From Eledone cirrhosa (lineage: Eukaryota): a DNA stretch of 64,000 nucleotides. Positions 30,047-44,463 of the stretch are shown one piece after another; position 1 is the first letter of the stretch; each line of letters begins with the position of its first letter. The stretch spans positions 164,300,001-164,364,000 of the forward strand of contig OZ024740.1 in assembly GCA_964016885.1 (NCBI GenBank). Reading direction: 5' to 3'. The notes beneath the pieces were generated by a model, which saw nothing but the letters and a program-made list of their open reading frames with translations, did no database searches and was not told where the DNA came from. A program made the translations under genes and the position numbers.

Positions 30047-30609
30047 TTAATATTTTTTTAAGGCAACGCTTGTAATAACTCTAGTTAAACAGGATATATA
30101 TTAATAATAAATTATCGTTGTAATGTAATTAGATTATGTAATTGTTATTATAAATTATCTTATAAATATTAGTGTAAGATGTATAAAAATATTTTCAGAC
30201 TTTTAATATAAACAACTACAAAAAACAATCAATATTAAATCAATATATTATACATAATAGAAAACATAAAATATACAATACAAAAACAAAATATTTACAT
30301 ACAATTGCAATTATCAGTGTATATACATTTTCTTTATATTCCCTGAGCAAATTAATAAGATTTGTTTTTATTGTACATAATTTGATGACTTGTTGGAGTG
30401 TATTAAAAGATAGCAACAATTTGTGATTAAATTGTTATCTTAAGCAACTCACTTTTTAATAGTTGTTGGCTGAGCGAAATTGTAAAAGCCTATGAGCAAA
30501 TATAAAAAAAAATACACAAACAACATTTCCTTGTGTTATTACAACATTAGATAAAATAATTGAGCAATGTCGTTATATTTTGCTCTTATTGCACATTAAT
30601 AGTGTTTCT

Positions 30610-30770
30610 ATTTTTCGGCACAAATCCATTACGGCAGTCCATTACTGGTACTTTATTTTATCGAATTAGTAAGTATGAAAGTCGAAGTTAACCTCGGCAG
30701 GATTTGAACTTAGAATGCAAAGGACCATAACAATACTGCAAAGCATGGTGTCTGACGCTCTACCAATACT
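30610..30770 (-). mobile_element. SINE family 2 copy
   Basis: Matches 31504-31689 (actggtactttattttatcga...gttaacctcggc..gatttgaact). Confidence 0.7.
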
Positions 30771-31160
30771 TGTGTTGAGCTGGTCATTAATTTATGGTGG
30801 TCGTGCGTGGAGTAGAGCAATCGCTAGTTGAAATATTATGAACAAAACATTTTTATTTGCCGAAGAACATATTTTCAATACTGTTTGTGAATGTGACGAA
30901 GGAAATACATTCTGATATGGAACAGTGTACAAAGTGTGTCTGTGAATAACATAATGTTACCTCATGTTGTTGTCAAGACATAATGGATTTCGTTTATCCA
31001 GTTAGAAGATGAAACCTAGCCATCTCGGATTAGTTATATTTCATGCCATGTGTAAACGTGTTTGAGGATAGCAAAATATGCGCGTTAATTATAATAATTA
31101 GTTAATAATATTACAAAATATACCTAATTAAACTCTTTGCTTGAAATTTTATCATTCTTC

Positions 31161-31276
<116 letters not shown>

Positions 31277-31503
31277 TTATCTAGTCCTTCGCTCAAGATT
31301 AATCTATAAGTTTAGATGTTTGCCTTCGTTTAAGTAAATATTACAGTAAGATTTTTAATATAAACAACTGCAAAAAACAATTAATATTAAAACGAAAAAA
31401 TTATCAATGATAAAAGAAGCGGATGCAACTTTTTTTTTTATAAAGTTATATTCCTGTTTCTTTAAAGAACATTTCATTTTTGTTCTATTGTAGGCGAAAT
31501 AAT

Positions 31504-31689
31504 TGTTTCTACTTTAGGCACAAGGCCAGCAAATTACCCAGTACATTACTGGTACTTTATTTTATCGACCCCGTAAGGATGAAAGGCAAAGTTAACCTCG
31601 GCGGGATTTGAACTCAGACTGTAAAGGGACGTAACTATGCTAGAAAGCATGGCGTCCAACCCTCTACCGATACTGCCAATTCACCGCCC
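31504..31689 (-). mobile_element. tRNA-derived SINE family 2, full length with 15-bp TSD
   Basis: TGTAGGCGAAATAAT at 31489-31503 and 31690-31704. Minus head GGCGGTGAATTGGCAGTATCGG...GAGTTCAAATCCC carries the A and B boxes. Confidence 0.85.
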
Positions 31690-32919
31690 TGTAGGCGAAA
31701 TAATGCAATGGTTTAATAGGGAAGATATAACTTACGAATTATGTCTCTAACCGTGTAACGCTTTTTAAGTAGATAACTACAATTGAAAATACTAAAGAAA
31801 TGGAACCAACAATTCAATTTGAAAGTCGTCTAGTGACAGTGTATTACTGGTACTTTATTTTATCGACCCCGTAACGATGAAAGGCAAAAATGCAAATGCT
31901 TAAAATTTAAATTGCCTTAATTCTATCGTCTGCTGTTTCATTAAAGGGAGATTATCGTCTGTATTTAATTCTATCGTCTACTGTTCCACTAAACAGATAT
32001 ACCTCCACTATCGTCTCTATTTATACATTTTAACTTATAACTTATACACATTTGATTTGAAATATTTTATCTAGTCCCCCCTCTCAATATTATGATGATT
32101 TCTTTCGAATGAAACAGTTCTAGTCCTGTAGAAGCCATTTATATATATAATTGAACTGAGTTAAAAATTCACAATATTTATAATTAAATAAGCTCATATA
32201 TATATGTGTGTATTTATCTGTTTATTGTATTATATATAATGTGTGTATATACAGGATGTCCCCCAAAAATATATACACACTTCAACAGCATTCTAATAAC
32301 TATTGCCTGTACAGGTAATCAAAGTGTCAATCGAATGTTAGTTTCGTGTTTTAACAGTACAAATTTACAATACACACATAAAACCAGTGTATATACATAC
32401 ATGAGTGTGTATACACATACATGAATGTGTATATACAATATATATGTATATATATATATAGACACATGTATTCACGGTGCAACGGTACATTAAAATATAG
32501 ATGCGGGAGAGGGGGTGTATATATAGGGGCGCTGGGGATAAAGGAGTGTAAAGCGTGTGTAATTGATATATTGAAGGAGAGGAGCGTGCAGCGATAGAGT
32601 AACAAATATATAGAGAGGGGGAGAGATGGTATTGAAGGGGAGGAGTGCAAAGCGAAAGAGTAAGAGATATAAATAGAGACGGAACAGATAGAGAGAAACA
32701 GGCGTAAGTAACAGTGGAAGAGATATAGAGAGAGGTACTCTGATTGGTTGAAAATTAGCCAATCACATACGATCACCACCACGGCTATCCCCGAAAAATT
32801 TTTAAAGAAGCTAGGCATATATGTTAGAACACGAAAAGTGAACATTCTGTGTTTCACACTTTTCGTGTTCTAACAGATAAATATTAATTGATTATTCCTT
32901 ATTTTACAGCTTTGATATT

Positions 32920-33720
32920 GATGGGCAAAATAATTTCACTTCCAGCTTTTATACGCTACATGTGGAGAAAAGGAATGAGTGCAAGAGCAACGGAAAGAGA
33001 AAGTAATGATGTGGAAGACCCAGGAACTGCCAAAGAACGTGTGGCACAAAACTGGTTCAGATATTCATGGATCGTAAAACCAACCTCGAAGAAAAACCAA
33101 GACTAGGGAGACCTTTTTTCAAGGTAGACGAGGTCTTGCTTGAAATGGTTGAACAACAGTCAATCGTTCATTGTCGGCAGAACGTGGTCCTTCACAAAGC
33201 ACCATTAATCCATACTCCCATAAACTCGGCCCTGTGAACAGTCGCTGTCGAGAAGATCTTCGTGACCAGGCTAATGACATGTGAACATTTACAAACAACC
33301 GCTGGAAAATTCATGAGATGCCCGTTTTTGGCGTCGAATTGTAACTGTAGATGAAAAATGGATTTGCATACATGCCGACAGTATATAATGCTTTAAAATT
33401 CCGCTACCCAACATTGGTCAACCGAAGACGCGTAGTCCTACAGCCTGATAATGTACCTGTACACACTGCTAATGTGAACAAGTGAAAACCTGAGGAACCT
33501 GAGTGTCTGGTTGTGGTGCCCCACCCTGGCTACTGTCCAGACATTGCACCATCAGATTACCATCTTTTCCGAGCCTTGACACATTTCCTGCGTAGAGGGC
33601 CTTTCAAACATGTGCATGAAGTTTTTTGCCTCTAAACCATCCAAATGTAGTATAAGAGTTGCATTGAGCTTCTGATTCAACGATGGCAACAGATAATAGA
33701 ATATGATAGGATACATTCTG
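32920..33720 (+). pseudogene. Decayed mariner (D,D34D) transposase
   Basis: N-terminal HTH IRYMWRKGMSARATER...GTAKERVAQNWF, RIVTVDEKWI at about 33335 and YCPDIAPSDYHLF (like YSPDLAPSDYHLF) at about 33531. Frameshifts and stops are present. Confidence 0.85.
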
Positions 33721-33787
33721 ATGACTAAACGCTTTTTGTATGAAATTTGTTTTTCGTATTTCAAGCTTTAATTAATAGTTCTTACAA

Positions 33788-33852
<65 letters not shown>

Positions 33853-33898
33853 AGAAAATGCGAAATAGTTTCAGATGTTAAAGTCCTTTATTGGTAAT

Positions 33899-33950
33899 GC
33901 TGTGATATATATTTCAATGACGACAGTGGCCGTGACATCATCAGACCAGC
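33899..33950 (-). ncRNA. Minimal type I hammerhead (canonical core)
   Basis: Minus: GCTgGT-CTGATGA-[stem II imperfect]-GAAA-TATATA-TC-ACAGC. Same architecture as 1399-1454. Confidence 0.65.
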
Positions 33951-34202
33951 TTCTTATATAATAAGGTTACGTTCTCAAGGCAATCACAGTAGTCAAATCC
34001 TGGATGGTCACCAAAGGAGAAGATCCAACTATCTGCGTTTACAAAGCAAATGCAAATCTGTGAATGACTCGAACCACGTGTTGCATTTTTTTAAAATACA
34101 CACATCGCACAGCGTCATCCCAGTGGCGTGAATAGGATTATCGACAGCTAGAAACAGCAGCCGAGTCCATTCAACTGAGTTAGCTCTACAATTAAGGGGC
34201 CG

Positions 34203-34718
<516 letters not shown>

Positions 34719-35759
34719 GCAAATAAGCACTCATAAAGATTTAGCTGAGAATCGTTATGAACCACAAAATATTAAGTGTTTTCTGCCTTCCGGATGTAGA
34801 GAATAGTGTTCTGAAGATGATATCATTGGTGGGTACATTAACATTTTTTCAGATGTCGAAAGAAATACATTTTGTCGGTATTGTAGTGACATTATAAGTA
34901 TTGTAGTAACATTATAAGTATGTATAACTTGCTGCACTTAGTTTCGGTAACGTTCTGCATTGACAGATGTCTTTATTATGGTGGATTTGACACATTTTGG
35001 CCTAAGCTTTTAGTATATTTGCTAAACAGTTTTGGCAGCCTTGACACTAACATTTCAGTACATTTATATACAACATTTACCTATTACGTATATATTACAT
35101 ATATTTCTGTCTCTATTTCCACATAACATTTATGTTTTTACACTTATGTATTGCCTGTCATTTTGATTTTCATTTAACATTTGTATGTATAACTTGTCAA
35201 TTCCAATTACGTGCGAATGGCAGAGGTGATATGTAATTTTGTGGGTTTGCTGTGTATTATAATTTTTGTGTAAGAGGGGGCACCAAGGTAGTAGTGTATC
35301 CCCCACCCCAATGGACTACATCCGGCCCTGTATCTATCTATACAATGTTTCTAGGAAACATTCTTTGCTAGGCACACTAACGAATGTCGTATAAAATATT
35401 AGTCATGAAACAACTATTAGAATCGTTTGACCTACGAAACATAGTATACAAGTCCTCCTAAAATCTTACAAGATTATATTTAAAATGACAAGGACAATCA
35501 CGATAATATATATAATTTTAAATTGCTTTAAAAATCCAAATATTTAAGGTTCTGCATATTGTTCTTCAATATAATTTGCTTCTGTAAATCGTTTCTTCGA
35601 AACTTAATATATCCAGAATTAATTTCATCTTGTTTCCCATCTAATTGAGATATCTATCTTCCCAAGAGCGCAAAATTTAGCTATATACAGATATATATTT
35701 CCAAACATAACATTGTGGTTCTCTACTTCAGACAGCTAAAAGAAATATTTTATTGCAAC

Positions 35760-38410
35760 CAATGGCGTAACTATGGCAAAGGGGGGCACGTGCCCCCGGG
35801 CGCCGTTTTGAGGGGGGCGCAAAATTGACCAAGATTGCTGACTTAAAAATTGAAGCAAGATTGTTTGCTGCAAATTTTGAAAACAGTATACCCGCATTTT
35901 CGCGCGTGACGTGTGTACGTACAGTACACTGTACGCGCGTGCACGTGTGTGCGTGCACTAGGCGTGCCTAGACGTTTTTTTGACAGAGCAGGGGGCGCTT
36001 TGAATTCAGGTGGGCAGTCTTGGCTGTACACTGCACGTAAATCATGAATGAACAGGAATAAATCAACTCAATGAACCTCCTACCCAATGTGCTTGCAAGT
36101 CACTTGCAAGAACAGTTTTTCACTGTGCGGTTGTGTTCTTACTCCGTAAGTTCCTTTTGAAATGAGTAAATTATTTTCTTTTTTACTGTCCATGAACAAA
36201 AACTTATGTTTTCTGTTGCTCAATACATTAGCCCATCAATTGTTTGTGCTCTATAACTTAGCTTTTCTAAAAAATTCTTCATACGTGAAGTCCAAACCCA
36301 CAAAATATGACTAACTGCTGATTTATTCTCAAAATGAACTCTTTTTTCTGAAACCAAGAAAAAATATGGAATCGCTTTGTTGCTTGAATTAACGGTCTTG
36401 ATTTAAGTGAACAATTTATGAATGCATTACATAAATCATGCAGACTTTGGTATTTACTTATGCAATAAGTAAGTACCAAAGTCTTAAACAATCTTCCTAC
36501 CAGAATATAACAGTTTGTTTGTCTTACTGCAACAACAGTGCCTTGTGATCACTATAGCCAATCACTTCATTAAGATACTAGCATAGTTCTTTTGTAGTTA
36601 AAACTGTCGTTCTGAAAATGCATTCATTTGTTGTTTTGTAGTAGTTTTGTATAATCATGAAGCGGACTGTCATCAATAAAGAAAGTGCAGCCGAAGGACG
36701 GAAAAGGTGGAAGTTGCAGAAAGAAAAGGCCGTGAAATCTAGCCAAGTTATCCTGTCTTTTTTTACTCAACCTAACACGTCCTGTTCCCCTCTTCCTACT
36801 CATCCAACTGCTGATGAGCGTCCAAGCTGCGAGGCTTCATCAAGTTCATCTTCCTCAGAAGGCATCAATGAGTCGCAGCATTGTGTCTTAAAACCAGAGC
36901 CCTGTAAATCAGATGAAACTGATCCCGTAATTCCTGACGTCATTCAACAACACGACATTGGACTTCTTCAGTTTGACGAAGTAACCGGACGACCACTTGT
37001 ACCTGATTCATTAAGAGTGCAGTTAGTGCAACTTGGTTGGAAGTACTTCCACAATTCCGATGGTCCATTTGCACCAAGTAGCAATCTCTCGATGACGAGA
37101 AGTTGGTTTGATCGCAAGTTGTGCAACGGCCAGGGCGAAGAAATCACGCGATGGTGGCTTCTGTATCCCCATACAAAAAGTCGGCATTCTGCTTTTGCTG
37201 CCTTCTTTTCTCCGGTTCGAGTTTCAAATCCGCACTTGAACAAGAAAATGGCTTCAGCAACTGGAAGAAGCCAGAGAAAATGGAGTTGCATGAGAACAGT
37301 CTTCATCATCGACGCTGCTTCACTCAGTGAAAAGAGATGGAACACAGTTTGACAGAAGAGCAAGGAATTATCGATGCACAGTTTCAATCACTAATAACAA
37401 CCGACTTCTACAATGCATCAAGTTTCTTGCGACCCATAATCTTGCATTAAGGGGACATCGCGAATCGCTTCAGCTAAACGAAACGACCAACGCTGGGAAC
37501 TTCATCGGTTTATTGAAGTTGCTGTTATATTTTGATCCTGTGACAAAGGAGTTTCTAAGTACCTATCCCCCACAATCCAAAATGAATTAATTCATCTACT
37601 TGCTCTCAACGTCAAAAAGAATGTTCTTCGACGCGTAAAAAGTGGTAGTCATTATGCGCTGATGGTGGACTCATCTCCTAATCAAGCTCATCGTGACCAG
37701 CTGTCACGAGTGGCGAGGTATGTCGATGTCGATTTCGACAAAAGGACCGTTCGCATCCGAGAGTCCTTTCTGGGGTTCACCCTTCTGGAAGAGAAAGATG
37801 CAGCCAGTATTGTAGAACTTATTTTGAAAGAATTGAAAGATGATGGCCTTGCGCTGAGTGATTGCAGGGCACAATGTTACGACAACGCTGCGGTTATGGC
37901 CGGACACACCAGCGGGGTTCAACAACGCATAACGAATTTGAACGAAAAGGTGATATTTGTTAACTGGGGCAACCATTCACTTAACCTCGTTGGTTTGACC
38001 GCAGCGAAGAGTAGCTTCAAAGTTATGTCATTTTTCAACGTCATCAAGTCATTGTTTGCGTTCTTTTCGCGATCAACACGGCGTTGGGAAAAGTTAAAGC
38101 AAGCAATCCCTTTCGTTCTGAAATCGCCATCGGACACCAGGTGGAGCGCAAGAGGAGATGCTGTAAAGCATCTTGCAAACTTTCTGAATGAAATCCTCGA
38201 GCTTCTGCAAAAGTTGGTACAGGTTAATGAAGAGAGATCAGACAAGAAGTGATGCAGAACATCTTTTAAGCCAAATGCTTGTCTTCCACTTCTTCGTGTT
38301 GCTTGGATTTTGGAATAGGATTCTGGCTCGATCGGGTTCAGAAACGCCTTCAAGATCCAACGTAAAGTTCGAGCTTGTCCTTGGGCGCAAAATCCCTAGT
38401 TACGCCATTG
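35760..38410 (+). mobile_element. hAT-superfamily DNA transposon (ZMYM1/DUF4371-type, Tip100-like), 3'-deleted
   Basis: TIRs CAATGGCGTAACTA / TAGTTACGCCATTG, with imperfect 8-bp TSD ATTGCAAC / GTTGTAAC. GC-rich subterminal GGGGGCGC repeats are present. Confidence 0.92.
36657..38360 (+). pseudogene. Frameshifted hAT transposase
   Basis: TTF-type zinc finger (YSPYKKSAFCFCCLLF...GFSNWKK...HENSLHH), FLATHNLALRGHRE...GNFIGLLKLL, MVDSSP...DQLS...ESFLGF, RAQCYDNAAVMAG...GVQ, HSLNLV and SDTRWSAR. These motifs are spread over four frames and the C-terminal dimerisation domain is absent. Confidence 0.9.
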
Positions 38411-38442
38411 GTTGTAACCCATTTATAATTAACAAGCATTAT

Positions 38443-38628
38443 CACTCTGGCAGTATCGGTAGAGGGTAGGACGCCATGCTTTGACGCATAGAGTTACGGG
38501 CCTTGCCATTCTGAGTTCGAATCCCGCCGAGGTTAACTTTGCCTTTCATCCTTACGGGGTCGATAAAATAAAGTACCAGTAATGCACTGGGTAATTGCTT
38601 GCCTTGTGCCCAAAAGTAGAAACAATTA
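38443..38628 (+). mobile_element. SINE family 2 copy
   Basis: TGGCAGTATCGG...GAGTTCGAATCCC. Reverse complement of 31504-31680. Confidence 0.8.
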
Positions 38629-39717
38629 TCACTCATTATATCAGCTGTAGCTTCAAATACTATGTTTTAAGTGAGGTACCTGTTATATTGAACTTTAAAG
38701 TTATCATATATCTTAGGCGGAAGGTTTCCAATTTGAGGGGAGGGGAATGTCGATTAAATCTATCTCAGTGCAAAATCGGATCAGGGATCCTGATCCTCGT
38801 TTATTTATTTATTACATTCTCCTAATTTTACCTCACTGATTCTATTATTGTATACTTTTACTTCATTTAAAATAAAAAGATCGATTCCATCTCTTTTATC
38901 ATTCCGGAAGGTTAAAAGGCAAAGTTAACCTCAATGGGATTTGAACTCAGATATTATAATAAGAAGAGTTGTGACTTTCATCATAATTTGACCAATCTGA
39001 CGTGACTGGTTGTTTTGATCGCCAGTGTAAATCATGTTTGTATAATCAACTGTTACAAATGATATCGATTTCATTGATTCATCTAATTATTACTTAAAAC
39101 ATACTCTGTTGTGAGAAACTACAAATTACTAGGGTTAATGAATAAGATATTATTTTATTGATATGTCCATTAAATCAACGTGTGAGTGGTAGAACATTCT
39201 ACAGGCCTGAAATTCTGGGGGAAATTCAACGTGATACAGTGACCCATTGATGTACAGGTACAGTCCATCCTATGGGCTTGCAAACATTTTTTGCCCCCAT
39301 AATTTCACTTACGAGTCATGGGTAAACCCGAGGCTATGGTAAATGAATCTTGCCCCAAATATCACGCAATAGGACATAATAATTTGAAATGACTTTCTTA
39401 AATATTCGACTGTGCTCCGTCCACACACACATACACATACACATATATGTATATATGAACATACTCTATTAGAAGATTCCTATTTCCTTTGATATGTGAA
39501 AAACAGTATATTTAGAGGAAAATATATCTGAAGAAGATATTATGCCACCCAGCTAGATGGCACTTATCTCCTTTTCCATCATGTTTACCTTCATCAGTGA
39601 TCCTACATAGTCACTTAAGGTTTAATTTATTTATATATATACTTGCATGTTTGTGTATATGTGTATGCATGCATACTACCCCCACCCCCCCATATATATA
39701 TATGGGGGGGAGTGTAG

Positions 39718-39772
<55 letters not shown>

Positions 39773-40244
39773 CTAATAAAGGATACAAAAGTAACAGGAA
39801 TGTAAAAATACAGTTATATTACGTTCATACATATATTTGTGTGGCTGAATGCATTTCCTTTTGCAATAATAAAAACTGGGTTCGATCTCACTACGTGGTA
39901 TCGGGTCTCTAATTTACTATACAAACCGTCATAACGAAACATTCAATTAGAATTTAACGAAAATTGGATGAAGTCTACGTGTAATTCAATAGTTCAGCCT
40001 GGTCGCATTGTGTTGCACTCATGTTCAAGCAGTTTATGTTAAGACGATATGTATCTTAAGAATACTCAGTTTTTTTTACCTGAATTCATGAGTCGGGCAC
40101 TTAGCTGATTCTGATTTTCACATCACACCAATTCTAACGTAATGAGCAGAACGAATTTATAAATGTACACAGAATAATTAAAATAAATGAGAATAATAAA
40201 TAATTATTTCTGACGTCAGCAATTAGTGGAAAAAGAAAGTCGAT

Positions 40245-40403
40245 TATATCGACACCACTTCTTTGTTTATACATTATTTTATCGACCCCGGATGAAAGGT
40301 AAGGTTGACCTCTGTGGAATTTGAACCCAGGACGTACAAATTTGTAACTAAATACCACAAAGCGTTTTGTTCTACACTCTACTGATACAGCCAGTTCACC
40401 GCT
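40245..40403 (-). mobile_element. SINE family 2-related, diverged
   Basis: ttttatcgacccc..gatgaaaggtaaggttgacctc..ggaatttgaaccca. Confidence 0.6.
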
Positions 40404-41346
40404 ATGAAAGTAAGAAATGAGAAAAATAAGAAAAAAACGTTAATAAATTTATGAAAAATAAAACAGTCGAATGCTTATATCGAAAATAGAAAAGGGCCCA
40501 ACAGTATTAAATAAAACGGTTCACAGTTCAGTTTCATAATATTCTGGATAAAAAAACATCTAGAAGATAAGATAAGAGTTATTGAACGTTAATTGTTTCT
40601 AAATATACAATGTTCGTTAACAAAAGACATTGTTAGTTGGCTGTCTAAAGTTGAATCTGTGCAACACTATAAAAACAAGAAGTTAAAAATTTTGCCCGTT
40701 AGTTGAACTGAAAATTTCGATTTGTAAAATAAATTTTCCTTAATCTAATTTGTTTGCTAACACATCTGTTCGAGATTCAATCGTTAGGCGATTTAATATA
40801 CATCAGTAGCTAATTTGAGTTTTGACAACAAAAATCTATTAGCTCTGAACATCCCGACATAAGAATTCCAATACAACAGAATGTTCATCTTTTCACCAAG
40901 ACTAACAAGACTAAGAAAATAGCTTTCAATAATGTGTTATAATGCTTGGATGTTTCCATCTTCCAAATAAATTTATTGTCTCTTGTATTGTTTCTTAAAA
41001 ACGAATTATGCTTCGACAAAATTGTAACAAATGATCTTTTAGATTTTCTGAAAAGTATCGTAATTGACAAAATCTTTAAAAAAGGATACGCATTCAAGCT
41101 CCAGCCTTTAGTTGGTTCTATTTTATAAATATTTGATTAACGCATGGACTTCCTTCTTATTAAACGGCACATGTGCAGAAGTCGGCTTAGCAAATTCTAA
41201 AAAAGAACATATGGAGATAGATTGATAAAAGCAAGTGCTGCAAGCATGACATTCCAAAATGTGAGCGTGCATATATGTATGCATGTATGTGTGAGCTCGT
41301 GTACTATAATTATGATTTTTTTTGTCGTTATTATAATTATTGTAAA

Positions 41347-41485
41347 GAGGAGTGGTAGAATCGTTAGAGAGTCAGGCAAATTTACATCGAGCTGTTTGTC
41401 CGGCGTTTTATTCAAATCCTGCCGAAGTCAACTTCACTCAGCCCCCTTCCGGGGTCGGTAAAATAAAGTAACTGCAATGTACTTG
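41347..41485 (+). mobile_element. SINE family 2-related, diverged
   Basis: tggtagaatcgttagag...ttcaaatcctgccgaagtcaac...ggggtcggtaaaataaagta. Confidence 0.55.
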
Positions 41486-41546
41486 GCGAGGGGGGGGGGG
41501 TATAATTGACTATATATTCCATCTCTCTCTCTGTTTATCTATCTCT

Positions 41547-41643
<97 letters not shown>

Positions 41644-41733
41644 GGTGAACAACTGATAACATGCATGTGTTCGTATTGCCCTGTTTTCCAGGGTCTGTTG
41701 CCATCAAGCGTGATCAGATTTTGACTCACGCAT

Positions 41734-41768
<35 letters not shown>

Positions 41769-43344
41769 ATTATACATATATATATGTATGTATGTGCGTG
41801 TATTACGGATGTACGTAAACATGTCAAAATCTGAGTATGAGTAATAGGTCAGGCATTGGGAAAACGGGGCAATACGGATATGGATATGTTATTTGGTTTT
41901 GATGGGGATCACCTCGATTTCAGTTATATTAAGAACAAGAATGTTCACCCCAGTGGACCAACAATTGCAATACAACAGGACAACACGGCAACATACTATG
42001 CATTACGATCAGCCATTTCGACTAGTTTGACATGAAAACAATTAAAAAACTGTAAGCACAAACACCAGAATGTTACAAACTGAAAACAAAATGCGATGGT
42101 AACAACATAGAAAAAGTGTGAAACAGTTCAGTCAGCCATGAAGAAATTGAGAAAAGATATTACGAATAGCGATATTGGAGACAAAATACAGTGAAAGTAA
42201 TAGCAAGCTGCCAGGGTCAAGGAGACCGTATATTCAGCATTCTGGGAAGGAGTGGCGTGAGCGGAGGAGACGTTGAAGGGATTCAAGATGAAGGGCGATA
42301 AATATAGGAGACATAGAAGGGCGAGCGATGGATGGATTTAAATAACGTGTGAAATAAATACATAAAGAAATAGATAGATAGATAGAGGTGGATAGATAAA
42401 TAGATAGAAAGACAGATAGAAGGAGATATAGGTTGCAGGTCGTATTGTCATGTATTTTGTATCAAAGGCAAGCTTGCAATAGCTAATGGCAAATATATAC
42501 GTAAGTAAGACCGTTATTGTTCCAATCAGTCAGCGAACACTCTAAACCGAATGCCAACCTTCACTCATGACTACTGTCAAACCAAACTGCACTCACCCTC
42601 GAAATTCGGCAAACCAAACGCAGACCACCCAACAGCCACGAATTTGTGTAGTCGTTACCAAATTTAAAAGAAAGGGCTTCATCAAAATGTGAAATCAAGC
42701 AAATCTGAATTTTACAGCCCGAAAGATAAATAAGTTGCACATGTTTATTTTATGGCAACTCTAGAATAAGGAAATGAGCAAAACAAGCATCTTAGAGATG
42801 AAAAAGCTTTAAAATAAAAGTAAAGGGTATTTTACATTTATAAAAACAATCATAATGAGTATTTGATTGGTAATTACAATCTTATCAATGGATTACTTAA
42901 ACATCTTCAAATATCACGATTTCTTTGGTGGATCTTTAAAACATTATTAACATCGGTTTCCCGTTATTCTAAATGTGGTTATTTAGAAATTTTAAGGATA
43001 ACCAAAATGACGCTATTTTCGTAGTAAAATAAATGTTTTAGCAATATAATCTGTTATAAAGATTACCTATTCTTCTACACATTGAACCATTTTCTAAACA
43101 TGCTGTTAACTAATTGTTTATATAGTCGCTTTTAAAAATAAATTGCTCTGTTATATTTATACTCATGTTAAAACGATCTTTAGTATTAAAAGCATTGGGA
43201 ACAATTCTAAACAGTATTTGACTAACTAAACATTTATTTCAATGTAGATATTCATTATTAACCTAAAAATATAGACACAACTGTGAAGTTTGTTTTGATG
43301 GATTTAATTGTATAAACAGATGTGAAAATGGTATATATATATAA

Positions 43345-43449
43345 TGACTGTGAAGGCCAGATGTAAATATTTGTGGTGGTTGCGTGAGGGAAACAGAAAT
43401 ATGTATCACTGCAGATTATGAATATGTATATCTGGCCTTCGCAATCATC
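43345..43449. repeat. Small MITE-like inverted repeat
   Basis: atgactgtgaaggccagatgtaaatat / atatgtatatctggccttcgcaatcat. Confidence 0.55.
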
Positions 43450-43679
43450 ATATTGTACTCTACTCTACCATAGATTATCAAATCGCATTTAGAAGTATAT
43501 ACATGACGTTGAGTTCTCGATGCTATTTGCCTCATCGTCTTCTGTTTGAAGGTAGCATACATAACATTGGTTAGTCAACATCACCGCATTTTATTCTAGG
43601 AGTATATTTCTTTACTGTCAACTCAAGAGAAGATAGTATTCAATTTAATTCGTTACTAAAAATTGAAACTTCACAGTGT

Positions 43680-44320
43680 TATTCAGCAAACGTTTTGGTG
43701 ATTGTGAAAAACGTGAATGGAGAGAAAATTCCAGAGAGTCGACGTTTTAGAGAGGAAGGATAGTTTAAATTCATTAATGGGCTCCGGGAGTATATACAGA
43801 AAATGGAGATGAGCGATTGTGGATGATGGAAAGAAAAGCAAGTATGCCGAGTGGGCTTCAATGAAAATGGTATGCAACTAGCTAACTCTGAAGGACAGAT
43901 GTCATTGGGTAGAAATAGAAGATATAGGGTTACGAAACAGCTGCATGTTTGTTCATTAGATGCTGGAATGCGTTGGAGAGTAGCCATTGTCAAGGAGTGA
44001 GATGGCCTTCTTTTGGATGTGATCTTTGATGGTTTGTCTTTGGGACGCAGTATTGCTCTGTTTGTGCCTGAAATTGCAAGAAAATTGTGAGACCTAACAT
44101 TTATATTGAGCCTAAAATATTGTCCAAAGGTAGAGAGGTTGAGCGTGGATGAATATTTCCTTGATATGGGCTTTAACTGCATTTCTATTGTTTAGATACA
44201 AGATTGTCATGTCCCCATCGGAGAATGGTTTTGAGGACATTTCATGAGGTACATCAGACTCAGGGCATTTAAAACTGGCGAGGTCCCATCCATCAGCATT
44301 TTGGAACAATGTCTGTTTCT
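43680..44320 (-). mobile_element. Decayed CR1/Jockey-like LINE 3' region
   Basis: Remnants DHIQKKAISLL and ICPSELASCIP...TRH, and TSTLWNFL..HVF. These are typical of post-RT C-termini. Confidence 0.6.
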
Positions 44321-44424
44321 CACAAAATCAGAGCGGGAGAGAGAGAGAGAGAGCGAGTGAGAGAGAGAGAGAATCATTCCAGTATTGGGTTGATATATTA
44401 TTTATCAATACTTAAATGAATCAT

Positions 44425-44463
<39 letters not shown>

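Noticed and set aside
32250-32300. TACAGGATGTCCC Tc1/mariner-like TIR (similar GGACACCCTGT at 507)
   Set aside because: No partner TIR found at a plausible distance, so no element can be delimited.
34806-34870. CTGAAGA-t-GATATC...GATGTC-GAAA hammerhead-like core
   Set aside because: Stems I and III do not pair convincingly. It is possibly a decayed copy and was not counted.
36968-38353. Minus-strand ORFs of 139, 90 and 144 aa
   Set aside because: Antisense shadows of the hAT transposase.
39560-39605. CTGATGA on the minus strand
   Set aside because: No stem II/GAAA/stem I arrangement. A chance match.
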